Shown here: positions 45,532 through 58,769 of the stretch, in pieces
Numbering within the stretch: the stretch's first letter is position 1
How the letters are laid out: each line of letters opens with the position of its first letter
NCBI GenBank assembly: GCA_001661245.1
Contig: KV454012.1
Location: 1,012,848-1,076,847, forward strand
Direction: 5' to 3'
DNA: 64,000 bases
Source of the DNA: Pachysolen tannophilus NRRL Y-2460
Taxonomy: Eukaryota
Position numbers and translations under genes: made by a program
Notes under the pieces: generated by a model
Told to the model about the DNA's origin: nothing
Database searches by the model: none
What the model saw: the letters and a program-made list of their open reading frames with translations, nothing else

Positions 45532-48450
45532 TCAATTTGAGATCTTCTCTCTTAATTGACCCAAAAATTCTTTAAAGCTTGATGTGGATTGAACCCTATC
45601 TTCAACCAAATCATTTAATGCCCAGATTCTTAAGGCCAATAATTCTCTAAATGATGGATCGTTTTGATAAGATGAACTTTCATGAGAAGATTGACCTCTT
45701 ATAACGTATAAATTTTTAAATACAATTGTATCTTTACCTTCTCTAATTTTGTTTACAATATTTCTAACCCTCATATTAAATTCGGATTCTAAAACTGGTA
45801 ATTCTCTTTTACCAATTGGAATTTCAGATACATCATTAAGACCAAATAAATCATTGACCAATTGTGGTACTGCATCACCACCAACCCATAAAAATAATTC
45901 TGAAGAATTATTTATCAAATATAAACCATACTTTGCTAACCATTCTGAAGCAGCATTTATTGGTTCAGGTAAAACAATTTCACCAGTTGATATAGCTAAA
46001 GGTTGTTCTTCTTCTTGTTGTTGTTGTTCTTCATCTACTTCAGCAACCTCTGGTAAACCACATTCATCAGCCATATCATGTAATGAATAAACAGTTGGAT
46101 AGATGTATTGAACTAATTGAGGTAAAGGTATAGAACCCAACAAATTTAAAGCATTGGCTCTATGATCACTTGGTACTCTCCCTGTTCTTAATGCAATATG
46201 TTTTGTTAAAGCATGTAATAATAATGGTAACATTCTTAAATTGGTACAAAGTTGTAAAGGTGATGAAGATCCAATATTTCCTCCAACTAATTCCTTTTTA
46301 AAAGTAGCCAAGATTTCAACCATACTTTTAGTCAAGAAATCTCTAGCATCATTTAAAGATGATGAAAATGTTTTCTCAATTGCTCTATGGGTAAAATAAT
46401 TGGCAATTGCAAGTTGATCTGCACTAGCATATATATCTTTTAATTCTTTAGAAACAGGTAAAGCAACAGTAATTACTCTAATTCTTCTTTCACCAAACAG
46501 AGTAGTATGTAAAACAGCTGCTTGGATACACGCTACTGGTCTTATCATATTCTCATCAATTGCTACTTCAATAACATATGATTGATCTCTTGGGAAAGTT
46601 GGGAAAGAACATAAATCAGAAGATCTATTGAAAAAATTACCATAAAAAGATGACATTCTTAATCCTGAAGAACCTCTAACTCTTAAAACTGCTTCTAATT
46701 CTATATCCATAGATAAATGATTTGAAATTTCTTTTGAAAGTTTTGTAACATCTTCCAATTTTGTTGCAGTCCAAGCAGGATAAAAATGTGTTTGACCCGC
46801 TGTATAACGTGGTAAATTGCTTAACGTAGCAACATCTTGATAAGTTGATGCAGCTAAAAACATATCAATTGTAACTTGTGATTTATTACAATCAATTGCA
46901 AATGATTTATAAAAAGAATCATTTGGAGTTAATAATGCACTAGCTTCTTTTGGTTTTCCAAAGAAACTTTCTTCATCTCTTATAGATAATTTTCCAACAC
47001 CTTCAGATGGTAAAGATGAACTAAATACAATAACTTTACCTCCAATTGATTGAATTAAATGACGAGATGCTTTTAAAGCTGGTCCCAAGGCAAAACCTTC
47101 ACTTGTAGTATTTATGAAAAAATTTGCAAAATTATTTAACAATTTTTCAATATTATTATGGCAAAGTTTTAAATCCACAAGTAAATTATCAGGTGAAGGA
47201 ATAAATACATCTTCCAAATCGGAAATAACCAACATTGAAGCATCTTTATCTGTTTCATCTGCAGGAATATTGAAAAAATATAAACTAGAATCAACACCCA
47301 TAAATGCTACTTTTGTTCTACCATCTTTATTTGGAATACGATCAAGTGTTTCTAAAATTGTTCTAGTGACAGTACCTAATAATCCATTTTGCATAGATTT
47401 AATGCTAACATCCAAGACAAAAACATAAATTAATGGTTGTGGAGTTCTAACTAAATAAGCTGGAGGAGCAATAAATTCAACAACAGAATGATTTAATTCT
47501 GGTCTTTCCATTCTATTTTTTTCCACTTTTGTAGTTTGATCATAATCAAATGCACTTGGAACATCATTTTGTAAATTACAAAAATTACATCTCCATCTTC
47601 TTCCATTTTCTGTGAATTGAATAAACTTATTAATATAAGCTCTACAACGACGACATCTTGAAATTATACAATCATCAGAAACTGCAACTTTTTCATCTTC
47701 ATCTCTTAAAGCATTATATGGTCTTAATACCAAGGCAAATGGTAATTTTGATTTTTTCAACAACGAACCATTATTTGGAATAACGTTTAATGTAGACCTT
47801 AAATATTCATAAGGAGCATTTGCTTCAGAATTCGGATTTACAGTTGTACCTGGCGGAATAACAATTGGAGGTGGTGGTAATACCAATTCTTGAATAGGAG
47901 GTGGCAAATCTCTCAACAAATCAGTTTGATATAATTGATTCAAAGGAAGAGCTGGAGTTCCATTTGGTGAAACAAGATTTGAAGCTCCAAAAGATTGTTG
48001 AGGAACTTGTTGTTGTCCATAAGCACCACCACCATAAGCTGGTTGAATTGGAACATTTTGATATGGTACTTGAGGTTGTTGTACATAACTTGGATGAGTT
48101 TGTTGACCATATGCTGGTACTGCATTCCCCATAGCACCAACACCAGAGTTCTGAGCACCATTAAGATTCAAACTATTCATTCCTTGTGCTAAAACTGATG
48201 CATCATCAGTACCATATTGACCTGCTCCATATGGCGGTTGAGCCGGAATAAATTGTTGTGGTTGACCCCCACTAGGCAACAGCTGTTGCTGTAATTGCAG
48301 CAGCTGTTGCTGCTGCTGCGGTACACCAACTCCTGGCACACCAACCCCTGGTGCAACACCATAAGGCAATTGTGAAGAAACACCCAATGGTTGATCTGCA
48401 GCAACTTGATATTGCGCCGATGGGTACGCTCTTCTACTCTTATGTGACAT
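45532..48450 (-). CDS. SEC24: COPII cargo adaptor
   Basis: RRAYP start, [10 protein letters not shown]...WRCNFC zinc finger, vWA trunk, [14 protein letters not shown] and LVEDR. Confidence 0.96.
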   Translation of the reverse strand: MSHKSRRAYPSAQYQVAADQPLGVSSQLPYGVAPGVGVPGVGVPQQQQQLLQLQQQLLPSGGQPQQFIPAQPPYGAGQYGTDDASVLAQGMNSLNLNGAQNSGVGAMGNAVPAYGQQTHPSYVQQPQVPYQNVPIQPAYGGGAYGQQQVPQQSFGASNLVSPNGTPALPLNQLYQTDLLRDLPPPIQELVLPPPPIVIPPGTTVNPNSEANAPYEYLRSTLNVIPNNGSLLKKSKLPFALVLRPYNALRDEDEKVAVSDDCIISRCRRCRAYINKFIQFTENGRRWRCNFCNLQNDVPSAFDYDQTTKVEKNRMERPELNHSVVEFIAPPAYLVRTPQPLIYVFVLDVSIKSMQNGLLGTVTRTILETLDRIPNKDGRTKVAFMGVDSSLYFFNIPADETDKDASMLVISDLEDVFIPSPDNLLVDLKLCHNNIEKLLNNFANFFINTTSEGFALGPALKASRHLIQSIGGKVIVFSSSLPSEGVGKLSIRDEESFFGKPKEASALLTPNDSFYKSFAIDCNKSQVTIDMFLAASTYQDVATLSNLPRYTAGQTHFYPAWTATKLEDVTKLSKEISNHLSMDIELEAVLRVRGSSGLRMSSFYGNFFNRSSDLCSFPTFPRDQSYVIEVAIDENMIRPVACIQAAVLHTTLFGERRIRVITVALPVSKELKDIYASADQLAIANYFTHRAIEKTFSSSLNDARDFLTKSMVEILATFKKELVGGNIGSSSPLQLCTNLRMLPLLLHALTKHIALRTGRVPSDHRANALNLLGSIPLPQLVQYIYPTVYSLHDMADECGLPEVAEVDEEQQQQEEEQPLAISTGEIVLPEPINAASEWLAKYGLYLINNSSELFLWVGGDAVPQLVNDLFGLNDVSEIPIGKRELPVLESEFNMRVRNIVNKIREGKDTIVFKNLYVIRGQSSHESSSYQNDPSFRELLALRIWALNDLVEDRVQSTSSFKEFLGQLREKISN

Positions 48451-48784
48451 AATCAAGCTTATTCAATCTATACAATCGATTGCACTAACGTAATTGATTC
48501 GATTACCCAAAACTTGTTTCCAAACCGCTTTTACCCAATCTAGCTGATTGTAAACTTATTATTTTATCTCTTGTTGATTGTTATTCTTTTTTGGATCTTA
48601 AACCAAAAATTCCTGAATAATTTTCTTTGATGTGTTGTTTTACAGAAATTGGTGATACACAACAACGGAAAAAAAAAGAAAAAAAAAGTGTTACGTAACC
48701 AAAAACTACGCTTTTGATATTTCAAGCACTACTGTGTGTTTTACTGTGTGTTCTACTATTTGTCTATATTCTAGTCTAAGTATT

Positions 48785-50974
48785 CTAACCGTATATAATG
48801 CCAATTGCGTCTAGCCATTGGCCTAGTCTGCCGTAGAGGCCTATGATGGATGAGCCTGAAGGTGGGTGTAACTGTCCCATGCTTCCACCACTTGTATTTC
48901 CGAGCATGTCGCTTGTTCTACCTGTGTTTAAGACAATTTGAATTGCATCGACCCAACCACCAGATCTTATATTGAAAGAAGCGATGTATTCGTTGTCGTG
49001 TAGTTCAAAGTCTGTATAGTGGTGTTTAGCGTTACCTAGCTTAACAATTTTAGAAGGCTTGGAGTTTGGAGTGTTTGAACTAGTGTTTGATTTTGTATTT
49101 TGTAATTTTAAAATATTGGAGATCTTGGTCTTGTAATCTCTTGGAGGAATTGGAGGAGGCAGATCCAGTTCCCCAATTTTTTCTGAAAATTCATGGTTTT
49201 CCTCAACTTGAGTAAGGAAAAATTCTAAACCATCTAATGCGGCACCATGGTGGATTCTAACTTTTGTCACTTTATATCCAGCAATGATAGCCAATGGAGT
49301 TTCATTACTTCTATCAGTAGCACCAAAAACACAAGATTTGAAACCACGAATTATGGAACCATTATCTAGAGTTATTGGAATAGAAGAACCTTGTTGCTTG
49401 ATGAAATTGGATAAATCATCAATATCTAATTGACCACCACCATTTGCCAAGACACTAACTTTTAATTTCTTATTTCTATAATTTTCAGGTAATAAATTTT
49501 GAAATTCTTCATAACTTAAAATTGCTTCTGTTACAGGACCTGGTCCTCTAAGACAACGTGGTAAATACTCGATATGTGCTCTTGACCAATCTTCAACGTG
49601 TAATTCTATAAGAAATACACCAGATAATGATTCAAGCATTACTGCATTAGTTGAAGTTGGATATACAGATGGCTTTAACGCTAATCTTTTCCTTTGCAGT
49701 AAATCTTGTATCATTTTGGGCTTGAATGATAAATCTAAAAAATCTGGTGGTAAGGCAAATGAATCATGGTATAAAAACCTAATGATATCTAATCGATGCC
49801 ATGTACATTCATCTTTAGGTAAAATAGGAGACCATTCACCTTTACCAGTTCTAATACATTTTCTTTCTTTAGTTAAAAAAGTTCTATTAAAAGTAACATA
49901 ATCTCTCATCATTACACCATTTATTTGATGAGGACATCCAAGTAAATGACCAATTTCATGCATAAAAGCACCTAATGTAACATTAAGACATTCCCAACTT
50001 GAAGAACATTCATTACAATCATTTGCAACTTCTTTTCTACTAGGTTCCGTAGTATCAGTGAAACATTTAGTCAATTCTTCAAAATTTGCAGGCCAAGACC
50101 ATACTCCATGAGATCCAAATATTGCTAGTTTAATATCATCATCACCTCCACCTAATGCTGCATGGGTCAAAATTAAATTTGAATTCGGATCCCAATGAGT
50201 ATCTAAAAATAATACAGCAGCTTGAGCAGCTCTACCACTAGTCGCAGCTCCTGAAAACGGTCCTCCATATTTTTTTAAAGCATTCATGGCAATCCCAAAT
50301 AAGCCACCTGTATTACTACCGTTTGGATTTTGTTGTGCTAAATTCGGATCACGTAGCTCTTTTAACGTCAATTCAGATTTCAAAATATGAATCTTAATAT
50401 CACTTCTAACTACTTTCAGTTGCTCTTCTATTTTACTAATTGTAGATTTCATAGATTCTTCCTCAAATCTAAAACATCTTTGACCAAACCCATTTGTAAA
50501 CATTTGTTGTTGAGTAAACAGTTGCATTAACCTTCCTCCCATTCTTAACTTCTTAATTGCCAAATCCAAAGAATTGCCCTCTTCTTTAATTTTAAAAGAA
50601 GGTGAATCAAATTGCAAAGGTGAATCTTTCGCAACCAAAATACATAAATGAACTGGAGGATTGTTTAATAAAGGAACATAATTAATATCTAATAAAACCG
50701 ATTCTCCAGAATAAGATGACTTCTCAACTGATGGAACACCATCTATAAACTTCCCTTTACAAACTTCAACACCTAAAGAATTTTCTCCTGGATTGACATG
50801 AATTAATGCCTTAAAATACCCATCATTGACTTCATAATATTGTGGTGGAAATGACTGTTGGTTCTGATGATATACTCTAACAAGACCAGATTTTGTCTTC
50901 TCACATTTCCCAAACAAAATATAAACTGGTACATGAATATCAGCTAATGGCCTATTATATAATGTAATCGTCAT
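48785..50974 (-). CDS. Putative zinc metallopeptidase with a C-terminal jacalin-like domain (YIL108W-like)
   Basis: HAALGGG, FGSHG and MHEIGHLLGCPH (HEXXH) motifs. C-terminal RSGGWVDAIQ and GLYG...W.DAIG. Confidence 0.88.
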   Translation of the reverse strand: MTITLYNRPLADIHVPVYILFGKCEKTKSGLVRVYHQNQQSFPPQYYEVNDGYFKALIHVNPGENSLGVEVCKGKFIDGVPSVEKSSYSGESVLLDINYVPLLNNPPVHLCILVAKDSPLQFDSPSFKIKEEGNSLDLAIKKLRMGGRLMQLFTQQQMFTNGFGQRCFRFEEESMKSTISKIEEQLKVVRSDIKIHILKSELTLKELRDPNLAQQNPNGSNTGGLFGIAMNALKKYGGPFSGAATSGRAAQAAVLFLDTHWDPNSNLILTHAALGGGDDDIKLAIFGSHGVWSWPANFEELTKCFTDTTEPSRKEVANDCNECSSSWECLNVTLGAFMHEIGHLLGCPHQINGVMMRDYVTFNRTFLTKERKCIRTGKGEWSPILPKDECTWHRLDIIRFLYHDSFALPPDFLDLSFKPKMIQDLLQRKRLALKPSVYPTSTNAVMLESLSGVFLIELHVEDWSRAHIEYLPRCLRGPGPVTEAILSYEEFQNLLPENYRNKKLKVSVLANGGGQLDIDDLSNFIKQQGSSIPITLDNGSIIRGFKSCVFGATDRSNETPLAIIAGYKVTKVRIHHGAALDGLEFFLTQVEENHEFSEKIGELDLPPPIPPRDYKTKISNILKLQNTKSNTSSNTPNSKPSKIVKLGNAKHHYTDFELHDNEYIASFNIRSGGWVDAIQIVLNTGRTSDMLGNTSGGSMGQLHPPSGSSIIGLYGRLGQWLDAIGIIYG

Positions 50975-51010
50975 ACCCCTTCCTGTTCAATGGTTCTAAC
51001 TTATGACTGT

Positions 51011-51050
<40 letters not shown>

Positions 51051-51392
51051 ACATATATGAAAAGATTGATAGATCTCTCCCACTTTTAAATAGTTTTGTA
51101 TGAAATTTCCATTTAATGAGGCTTGCCCATCGCATATTAAAGGCGTACAGCCTTAAAAAATCGTACTAAATTAAAGAATTTGATATGATATTACATTTAA
51201 AATAAAGCTGAATCAATTTTAACTGTAGCATAGACACATCTATTTATATATCATGAGGTATATAAACACTAAACTCCATCCAGTGGTGGCATAACATAAA
51301 AACAAAACGAAAACAAAAAAACGAAGAAAAAAAAAATACATATATATATATATTAAAAAAATGCATTAAATCAATAAATAATTATCTAAAGG

Positions 51393-53774
51393 TTATTTTC
51401 TGTTGGATTGTAATTTGGCTAACCGTTCACTCAATTTATCAACCTGCAAAACATTTGAGTTATTAGCACTAGCACCGGGACCTCCACCTCTTGCCCTTTG
51501 CAGAGCATCTGCGTAATTTGAAGGTTGTAAATTTGTGTTATTGCCGGTATTGGTACTATCTTTGAAATAATGACCACTTGGTCCTGTGGTAGGGACAACG
51601 CTATATTGTCTTTCTTTGAATGAAATATTGACTTGTTCAACTTTCTTCTTATTCGATAAACTATCTTCTTCCACTTTATTGAACCAATCAGTAGTCTCGT
51701 CATATTCGTATAAACACCATTCTACACCATATGGTTTAGGTTCTAAACAATAGACGGTATGTAATGGAACATCCAAATCACCAATTACAGACTTGTTCAA
51801 GTTTAAAAAATATCCTAACAACACTCTAGAAACAACACGATGAGTAATTATTAAAACATGATCAGTAGTTCTTTCAACTTCCGTTATAACTGGTCTTAAT
51901 CTGTTAATAACATCTAAATAAGATTCACCACCTACACCTGGGTAACGGTAAGTCATTTTATTCTCCAATCTCAATTTAAACTCTAAAGGATATTTTTCTT
52001 GAATCTCTGCATAAGTCATTCCATCGCACCTACCTGCACTTAATTCATCTAACATTCTCATTTCCTTCACAAAAAATTCATTTTCTGGGAAATATTCAGC
52101 CGTTCCAATAGCTCTTTTCATCATTGACGTCCAAACAGTAAATATTGGATCATCTGGTGGCTTTACCTCTTCAGTAGATTCACGATTTTTTATCTTAATT
52201 TCTAATCTAGATTTAAAATTTTCTAATTGAGATCTTCTGAAATCCTGTTTCTTATAACTTATAAATCTCGCTAGGGCTTTAGAGAATTGTATTCCTCTTT
52301 CTGTCAATGGAGCATCCCCTCCAATTCTACCCAAGACATTATCCTTTGATTCACCATGTCTTGTAATCCAAATCTGTCTTTCTGCTAGATTGAAATTCAA
52401 CAAGAAATATACAGTTTGAGATGCTAAAAACCCTTCAACGTTATAAGTGACAACTTTTTTACCCACATCGATCATCTTTATATAACTAAATGATTTAATT
52501 TTCTCTTCATCTTCACCTATGGTTTGATAACCTCTTTCATAATTTTTCAATCTTCCAACAAAATCCCTTAATGCTTCATCTGGATCCATATCTCTATAAT
52601 CTGGACCAGATAATTTCAAACGAATATTTTCATTAACAATATTAGGATCGGAACATATACTTTCTAAAAACAAAACTTTTAATTGAGAATTACTTCTTTC
52701 TAAAATTCTATTCAAAACTTTTTTTCTTCTCGCCTTTGTGGAATTTGTTGCATCAAAAATTCCAACTGATAAGTCTCCATCTATAACACAGGTTAATAAT
52801 TCGTCCAATGTATCCATTGCCCATTTCTCTCTCAATGCAGTTGTTAACAAATTATCTGGAGAGAAAAAACTTGCCTTATGTTTTGTTTCATGGTGTTCCA
52901 ATGCAGATGGAGAAGTTTCACCACTATTCCCGCTAGCAGGACTATCTGGTAACGGATTACTCTCTGGGCCCATATCTGCATTATCTCTCCTTCTAGTATT
53001 TCCAACGTTGAAAACTTGACAATTATGTTGTAACCAATTCAAATATCTTGTCAACTTATTAGTAATATATGATTTCCCACGAGCGGGAAGTCCAACCATT
53101 ACAATCACTAATTTTGATGCTATATCTCTTCTTGAGATTGTTCCATCAGGTGAAACTTTTGACCTTGTTTGACCTGGAATGTCCAAAGTTGTTGCTAATT
53201 TATAATCATGTTTCTGTTGTTGTTGTTTTTGTCTTACCAATCCATCTATATCCAATTCCAAATCCAAGTTTGGAATATCTTTGTTCTTCAGTGTGTTTTC
53301 ACGTGTTTGCCTTGTCACGCTACTATCAGAGCTAACACCTCCTTCTTCTTCATCATCTTCTTTAGATTTCTTCCAATCATTTGGAAACAAAGTAGCATGT
53401 TGCGTAGGTGAAGTCACTGTAGAAACAACAGGTGTATCATTCAATGGTCTTTTCTTAAAAGCAGGTAAATTATCTTTACCCTTCAATAAATTAAGACTAA
53501 CCGCCGACCCTCCAGCATAATAATTTGGATTTTTAAAATGAACATGTTGATCCGATACATCTTCTTCTGAAGAAGTTACAGCTATCTCATTTTCTGGATA
53601 ATTCTCATAATAGAAATTAGATGGAGTCTCATTAAAAGATACTTTAGCCGCCGTTTTATCAAAGTCTGACACAGTATGATTTGGTAAACTCCGATTCTGC
53701 TCAACGTTTCTTAAAGCTGGTGAATTGTTATCTGATCCTCTAATAGAAGTGTTTGGAGATAAATCAGAATCCAT
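51393..53774 (-). CDS. PFK26: 6-phosphofructo-2-kinase
   Basis: TTLDIPGQTRSK, MVGLPARGKS, FDATNST, RHGES and GGESYLDV. Confidence 0.93.
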   Translation of the reverse strand: MDSDLSPNTSIRGSDNNSPALRNVEQNRSLPNHTVSDFDKTAAKVSFNETPSNFYYENYPENEIAVTSSEEDVSDQHVHFKNPNYYAGGSAVSLNLLKGKDNLPAFKKRPLNDTPVVSTVTSPTQHATLFPNDWKKSKEDDEEEGGVSSDSSVTRQTRENTLKNKDIPNLDLELDIDGLVRQKQQQQKHDYKLATTLDIPGQTRSKVSPDGTISRRDIASKLVIVMVGLPARGKSYITNKLTRYLNWLQHNCQVFNVGNTRRRDNADMGPESNPLPDSPASGNSGETSPSALEHHETKHKASFFSPDNLLTTALREKWAMDTLDELLTCVIDGDLSVGIFDATNSTKARRKKVLNRILERSNSQLKVLFLESICSDPNIVNENIRLKLSGPDYRDMDPDEALRDFVGRLKNYERGYQTIGEDEEKIKSFSYIKMIDVGKKVVTYNVEGFLASQTVYFLLNFNLAERQIWITRHGESKDNVLGRIGGDAPLTERGIQFSKALARFISYKKQDFRRSQLENFKSRLEIKIKNRESTEEVKPPDDPIFTVWTSMMKRAIGTAEYFPENEFFVKEMRMLDELSAGRCDGMTYAEIQEKYPLEFKLRLENKMTYRYPGVGGESYLDVINRLRPVITEVERTTDHVLIITHRVVSRVLLGYFLNLNKSVIGDLDVPLHTVYCLEPKPYGVEWCLYEYDETTDWFNKVEEDSLSNKKKVEQVNISFKERQYSVVPTTGPSGHYFKDSTNTGNNTNLQPSNYADALQRARGGGPGASANNSNVLQVDKLSERLAKLQSNRK

Positions 53775-54664
53775 ACTTGAGTTCCACTTTAAAATTTTAT
53801 ATAGCTATCATTTGACAACAGTTTTCCCAACAAAAGAAAAATAAAAAAACTAATTCAAATTCAAATTCAAATTAAATTAAATTAAATTAAAATAATACTA
53901 ATAATAATAAAAAAAAAATAGAAAAAAATTATATTTCTCTATTTTATTATTAACTCTGCGATTTAATAAACGTGTACGAGATAAAGATCTAACTTAAGTT
54001 AAAGTTAGGTTAAATTTAAGTTAAACAAAACAAATAAAAATAATCAACACCTCGAATCCAATTATTAATTTTATCACAATAAAAATTATTAAAAAATAAA
54101 ATAAAATAAAACAAAAAAATTAGAAAACTCAATCAATTTCTCTTCATCAACTAATTTTAAATCAAATCAGTAGATTTTTTAATATATAATAAGATGATAA
54201 ATTATTAAATATAATTTAACGCTATTACAAAAATGTATTCTTATTACCATACATTACATACACCTTGTGATGCGCTCGCTCTTCTGTTTTCGTGCCTTTT
54301 CGGTGGGTTTTTTTTTCGGTTTTCTCTGCTCTTCGCGCGCGGAAAAAATATAGTCCGCCGGGGCCCTCATTTTTCCCCAGCCGTTCGCTGTTCGTTGTTT
54401 GCTATTTGCTGTTCGCTGTTCGCTTACTCCCCGCCTTCAATATGACCGCCAATATGACCGTCAAAATGACCGCGGTCAAATTAATTACATAGGTAGGTAA
54501 GTAATTAAATACATTGAGGAAATCATTAAAAGATTGACATTGACTTGACTTCAAAATAAAATAGTGGAACAAAGAAAAAAGATAATACAACAACTATAAC
54601 CACATTTAAAAAAAAAAAAAAAAATAAAAAGAAAAGAAAACTAAAAAAAATAAAATAATTACTT

Positions 54665-54982
54665 NNNNNNNNNNNNNNNNNNNNNNNNNNNNNNNNNNNN
54701 NNNNNNNNNNNNNNNNNNNNNNNNNNNNNNNNNNNNNNNNNNNNNNNNNNNNNNNNNNNNNNNNNNNNNNNNNNNNNNNNNNNNNNNNNNNNNNNNNNNN
54801 NNNNNNNNNNNNNNNNNNNNNNNNNNNNNNNNNNNNNNNNNNNNNNNNNNNNNNNNNNNNNNNNNNNNNNNNNNNNNNNNNNNNNNNNNNNNNNNNNNNN
54901 NNNNNNNNNNNNNNNNNNNNNNNNNNNNNNNNNNNNNNNNNNNNNNNNNNNNNNNNNNNNNNNNNNNNNNNNNNNNNNNNNN
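54665..54982. other. Assembly gap (N run)
   Basis: Run of n between A-rich flanks. Confidence 1.
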
Positions 54983-55059
54983 AAGAAAAAAGAAAAGAAA
55001 AAAAAAAAAAAAAGGAAAACAACTTCATAGATTGTCAAATTAGAAGTAGCTTCTCCGAA

Positions 55060-57261
55060 TTACTCTTCATCGCTCGAATCACCATGAATGCTTGGGGTTA
55101 CCGAAAGCCCACGTAATGTGACATCTCTGTCTTCGTCGGTGTTGTCTTCGTCATCTTCGTCCTCGTCTTCGTCTTCGTTGTTGCCGATGCCGATGCCGAT
55201 GCCATTACCGACACCGATGCCGACATTGCTACCATTTTCTCTTTCTCCAGGTAAGTTCCAACTAAAATAATCATTTGTGGAGTTATTTTCTTGTAAGGTA
55301 CCTAAATCACCTGGAGTCATTGGGTTATTTAACGAGTTTGATCGATCTCTTGGAGAGCCCGGTGCTGAAAGTGGTCTTGAAATCTTGATATTATGATCCA
55401 TTTCAAATGGATTATCTGCCTTAGTATTACTAAATTGGTCCGGATATGCTCTTTTCAAGGCTAAAGCCCTTGCTTTAACATATTCCAATCCCATTCTTTT
55501 CCAATCCAACAAATCACTTAATCTTTCAACCCGATTTCTTTGATTAATTCTTTGTCTTCTAGATTTCTTTGTGAATTCAAGCATATAATTTGTCAACTGT
55601 TCAATGCTTTCATCAACAGATTTCATTCTTCTATCAACAACATAGATACCATAATCTGCAGGGTTTTCAATTAAATCTTCCATGTAACAACCAAAACCAG
55701 ACAAATTTGTAGTTACAGATGGACATCCCATAACTGTACATTCCGCAGGAGTATAACCCCAAGGTTCATAGTAACTCGGGAAAATACCACAATGACAACC
55801 ACGAACAAATTCATCATAATCTAAACCTAAGATTGGATTATTTGAATTTAAAAATTCAGGATGGAAAATTATTTTCACTCTATCTGCCTTTTGATTAAAT
55901 AATTGAACATTTCTTATTTGATTCAAAATAGGATCATTTGCATCATCAACCATATTATGAGTAACAATTGGAGGAAGTGTATCTCTTTTAAGTGCAAACA
56001 TTCTTCTTTTCAATATAACTCTATCACTTGGTTTTACTAAATCATCAATCTCTGGTAATTTAACTTTTTGACTAGATTGACAATTAATTGGATTTTGACA
56101 AAATTCAAATAATCTCTTCCCCATTAAACTTTGAACATCTTTTATAGTTGTTTCCAATTGTTTTATAACAGCTTGACCTTTTAAAGTCTCCACAGTATAT
56201 GATTTTGTTGCAGCAGGCATGATAATAAATGCAACCACAGTCATTTTCGATCCACTTTCTTTTAATCTATGATTTAATCTTGCCAAGGCCTCAATAAATA
56301 AATCTGCACCTTTATTTCTATATTCATAACGACCTGCAATGAAAAAATATAAAGTATTACTCAATTTAAAATCCAATTGACCATAAAAATGACCACGAAT
56401 AAATTCATTAATTTTTTCCTTCTTTTCAGCATGTAAATTTTGAAATTCATGAACTGCTTGAAATTTTACTACATTTAATCCATTTGGCAAAACACCATCA
56501 GGTTTCCTTTTTAACAAATGTTCCGATTCATAAGCGGTAATATGTGAAACCGTTGTGAAAACATCTGCTGAATGAACAGCAGCTCTTTCAATACAATATC
56601 TATGATATATACCTCTTTTACCTGCTTCTTTATCAACATCAAATTTATCCAAATTATTATAAAAATCAACTGAACCTGCACAAAGATACCTACCAAGTAA
56701 AGTAGCATGTGTAGTGAAAATTGTAGTAACATCAATTTGTCTTTTCCTACATAAAGGTAAACAAACACCAGCTAACCATTCATGACAATGACATATCATT
56801 GCATGTTCTTGATCATGATAACTTAATTCTCCCAAGAACCATGCTACCAAATATCCCAATATAATCGCGTTATTTGTTTCAAAATCGTGATCAGGAGTTG
56901 GAATTCCAGAAATATTCCATAAATCAGCTTTCCATTCGTTTAAATGATGTAACGCCGAATTTAAATCAAATAACAACACTCTTGGAGCACCATCAATTAA
57001 CCACCGCCCATAAAGATATTTAATTCCTCTAGCGCCCATAGAATCCAAAGTTAATTTTAACTTTGGATCATGAACAGCTAATTCTTCAACTTCAACATTT
57101 GCAGAATCATAACTTAATGGACCTATAAGAGTATATCTGTCCTTATACTCTGCAACGGTAATTGGTGCCTTGGATTTTAAAACTGAATAAATACCACCAA
57201 CACGATTAGCAACCTCGGTCGCAACTTCGAAAAGTAAATGATTCTTTATATCTCTAGTCAT
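55060..57261 (-). CDS. GSY1: Glycogen synthase (Gsy1/Gsy2 family)
   Basis: [43 protein letters not shown] and the phosphosite region [10 protein letters not shown]...MTPGDL. Confidence 0.96.
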   Translation of the reverse strand: MTRDIKNHLLFEVATEVANRVGGIYSVLKSKAPITVAEYKDRYTLIGPLSYDSANVEVEELAVHDPKLKLTLDSMGARGIKYLYGRWLIDGAPRVLLFDLNSALHHLNEWKADLWNISGIPTPDHDFETNNAIILGYLVAWFLGELSYHDQEHAMICHCHEWLAGVCLPLCRKRQIDVTTIFTTHATLLGRYLCAGSVDFYNNLDKFDVDKEAGKRGIYHRYCIERAAVHSADVFTTVSHITAYESEHLLKRKPDGVLPNGLNVVKFQAVHEFQNLHAEKKEKINEFIRGHFYGQLDFKLSNTLYFFIAGRYEYRNKGADLFIEALARLNHRLKESGSKMTVVAFIIMPAATKSYTVETLKGQAVIKQLETTIKDVQSLMGKRLFEFCQNPINCQSSQKVKLPEIDDLVKPSDRVILKRRMFALKRDTLPPIVTHNMVDDANDPILNQIRNVQLFNQKADRVKIIFHPEFLNSNNPILGLDYDEFVRGCHCGIFPSYYEPWGYTPAECTVMGCPSVTTNLSGFGCYMEDLIENPADYGIYVVDRRMKSVDESIEQLTNYMLEFTKKSRRQRINQRNRVERLSDLLDWKRMGLEYVKARALALKRAYPDQFSNTKADNPFEMDHNIKISRPLSAPGSPRDRSNSLNNPMTPGDLGTLQENNSTNDYFSWNLPGERENGSNVGIGVGNGIGIGIGNNEDEDEDEDDEDNTDEDRDVTLRGLSVTPSIHGDSSDEE

Positions 57262-57894
57262 CAATATACCTTCCTTTCCAGATTACCTTTTTTTTAAAAA
57301 AAGAAAAAAAAAAACCCTCCCCCCAATTCTCTTTTATTTACTTTTGATAATAAAAGTATGAAATATTATTGTTAACCTCTAAATGAAGCCCAAAATTGTA
57401 TAACTCAAGGAATGCTTAATATTTTTTTTTTTTTAAAATGAGAGAAAACCCAAAGGCACGATTTTTTTTTCTTTTTAAAAAAGAAATAAAAAAAATATTA
57501 AATTTTTTAAATCAAATTTAATCTTTAAAAAAATGGCTTCCAATAGATCTAAATTCTCAGAATAGTATTATAATTAAATTCAAGCATTAAATAAATGATA
57601 CCTATATTTTTTGTTATTGTGTTGTTGTATATTGCTTTTACAGCTGTTTTTCTTCTTTTTTTTCTTTTTGATTTTTAATGACTGTTTTTCTCTTTTTTAA
57701 TATAAAGAAAGAGATGCACTCCACAGTGGGCGGGACGTTTTGTAGTGAACTGATAAGGATTCTCGGAAAGGAAAAGGCAGATTAATCTTTTTTTGCCCGC
57801 TCGCCCCCCGCTTCACTTCTTTCCTCTTCCTTTAACTTCCAGCGCCTTTTTCTTTTTCTCTGTTTATTTTCCCCGTGTATTTCCCAGTATATTT

Positions 57895-58010
57895 CCCCTC
57901 CGGCTGCTTGACTTGCAGGTGGATGGTCCCTTAGATTTTGTGTCAACTTGTGTGCATTGACTTATTATGACGACTTGGCCTATGCCTCAACGTCAGCCGT
58001 GGAAAAGGGG
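57895..58010. promoter_or_regulatory. STRE-like elements upstream of glycogen synthase
   Basis: CCCCT (57895-57899) and AGGGG (58006-58010) in a GC-enriched island. STRE control of GSY2 is known in S. cerevisiae. Confidence 0.4.
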
Positions 58011-58769
58011 CGCAAAAAAAAAATTATTTAAATTAACAAAATTTCGGAAGCATTGAGACCGCAATAGAAAAAAAGAGTTCAATACCACATAAAAGAAGAG
58101 TTAGCGGTTAGTTTATAAGTGATTAAAGTAAAAGTTTTTTTAATTAATTAATTTTTTCAATGAGAAATTATGAATCTTGAATGAAAGAAGATTTACTAGA
58201 AAAAAAAAAAAAAAATTTTTTTTCTCTCTTTTCTTTTAATATGTAGGCTTCGGCGGCTTTGCTTATCGAGTACTTTTTTTTTTTTTTTTTAATTTTGGAT
58301 ACAAACTTCAAGTTCAAGTTCAAGTTCAAGTTCAAAGTTATGTTTTAAACTGGCAAGAATATAAATTCTAAAAATTATTCATTTTGACTGGTTTAGTCTC
58401 GGGACCAAGATTATTTTTTACTTTGTGTTTTTTTTCTTTTGCAATTTCGTTTAACTATTTTTCACTCCTCAAGACAGAGATGCATATTGTCTGCACCTAA
58501 AGAGGAAATTATTTTTATTTTGCCCTTTTTATCTTACAAAACATGGAGTAGATAGATGTAGGTGAGTGCAAGATGATGTCTGTGAAGAAGATATTGTTTT
58601 TTTTTATTTTCTATAGTTAAAACAAAAGTTCAAGAGGTTTGAAACTTGTTATATTTGTAACAGTTCTAGTTGCTGTAGTTCTTGTAGATTGTATAAATGG
58701 AATTGTTAAACCATGATTTTTTTTTTTTTATTTGGCTTTTCATTTATATAGATTTATGGTGTAACTAAA

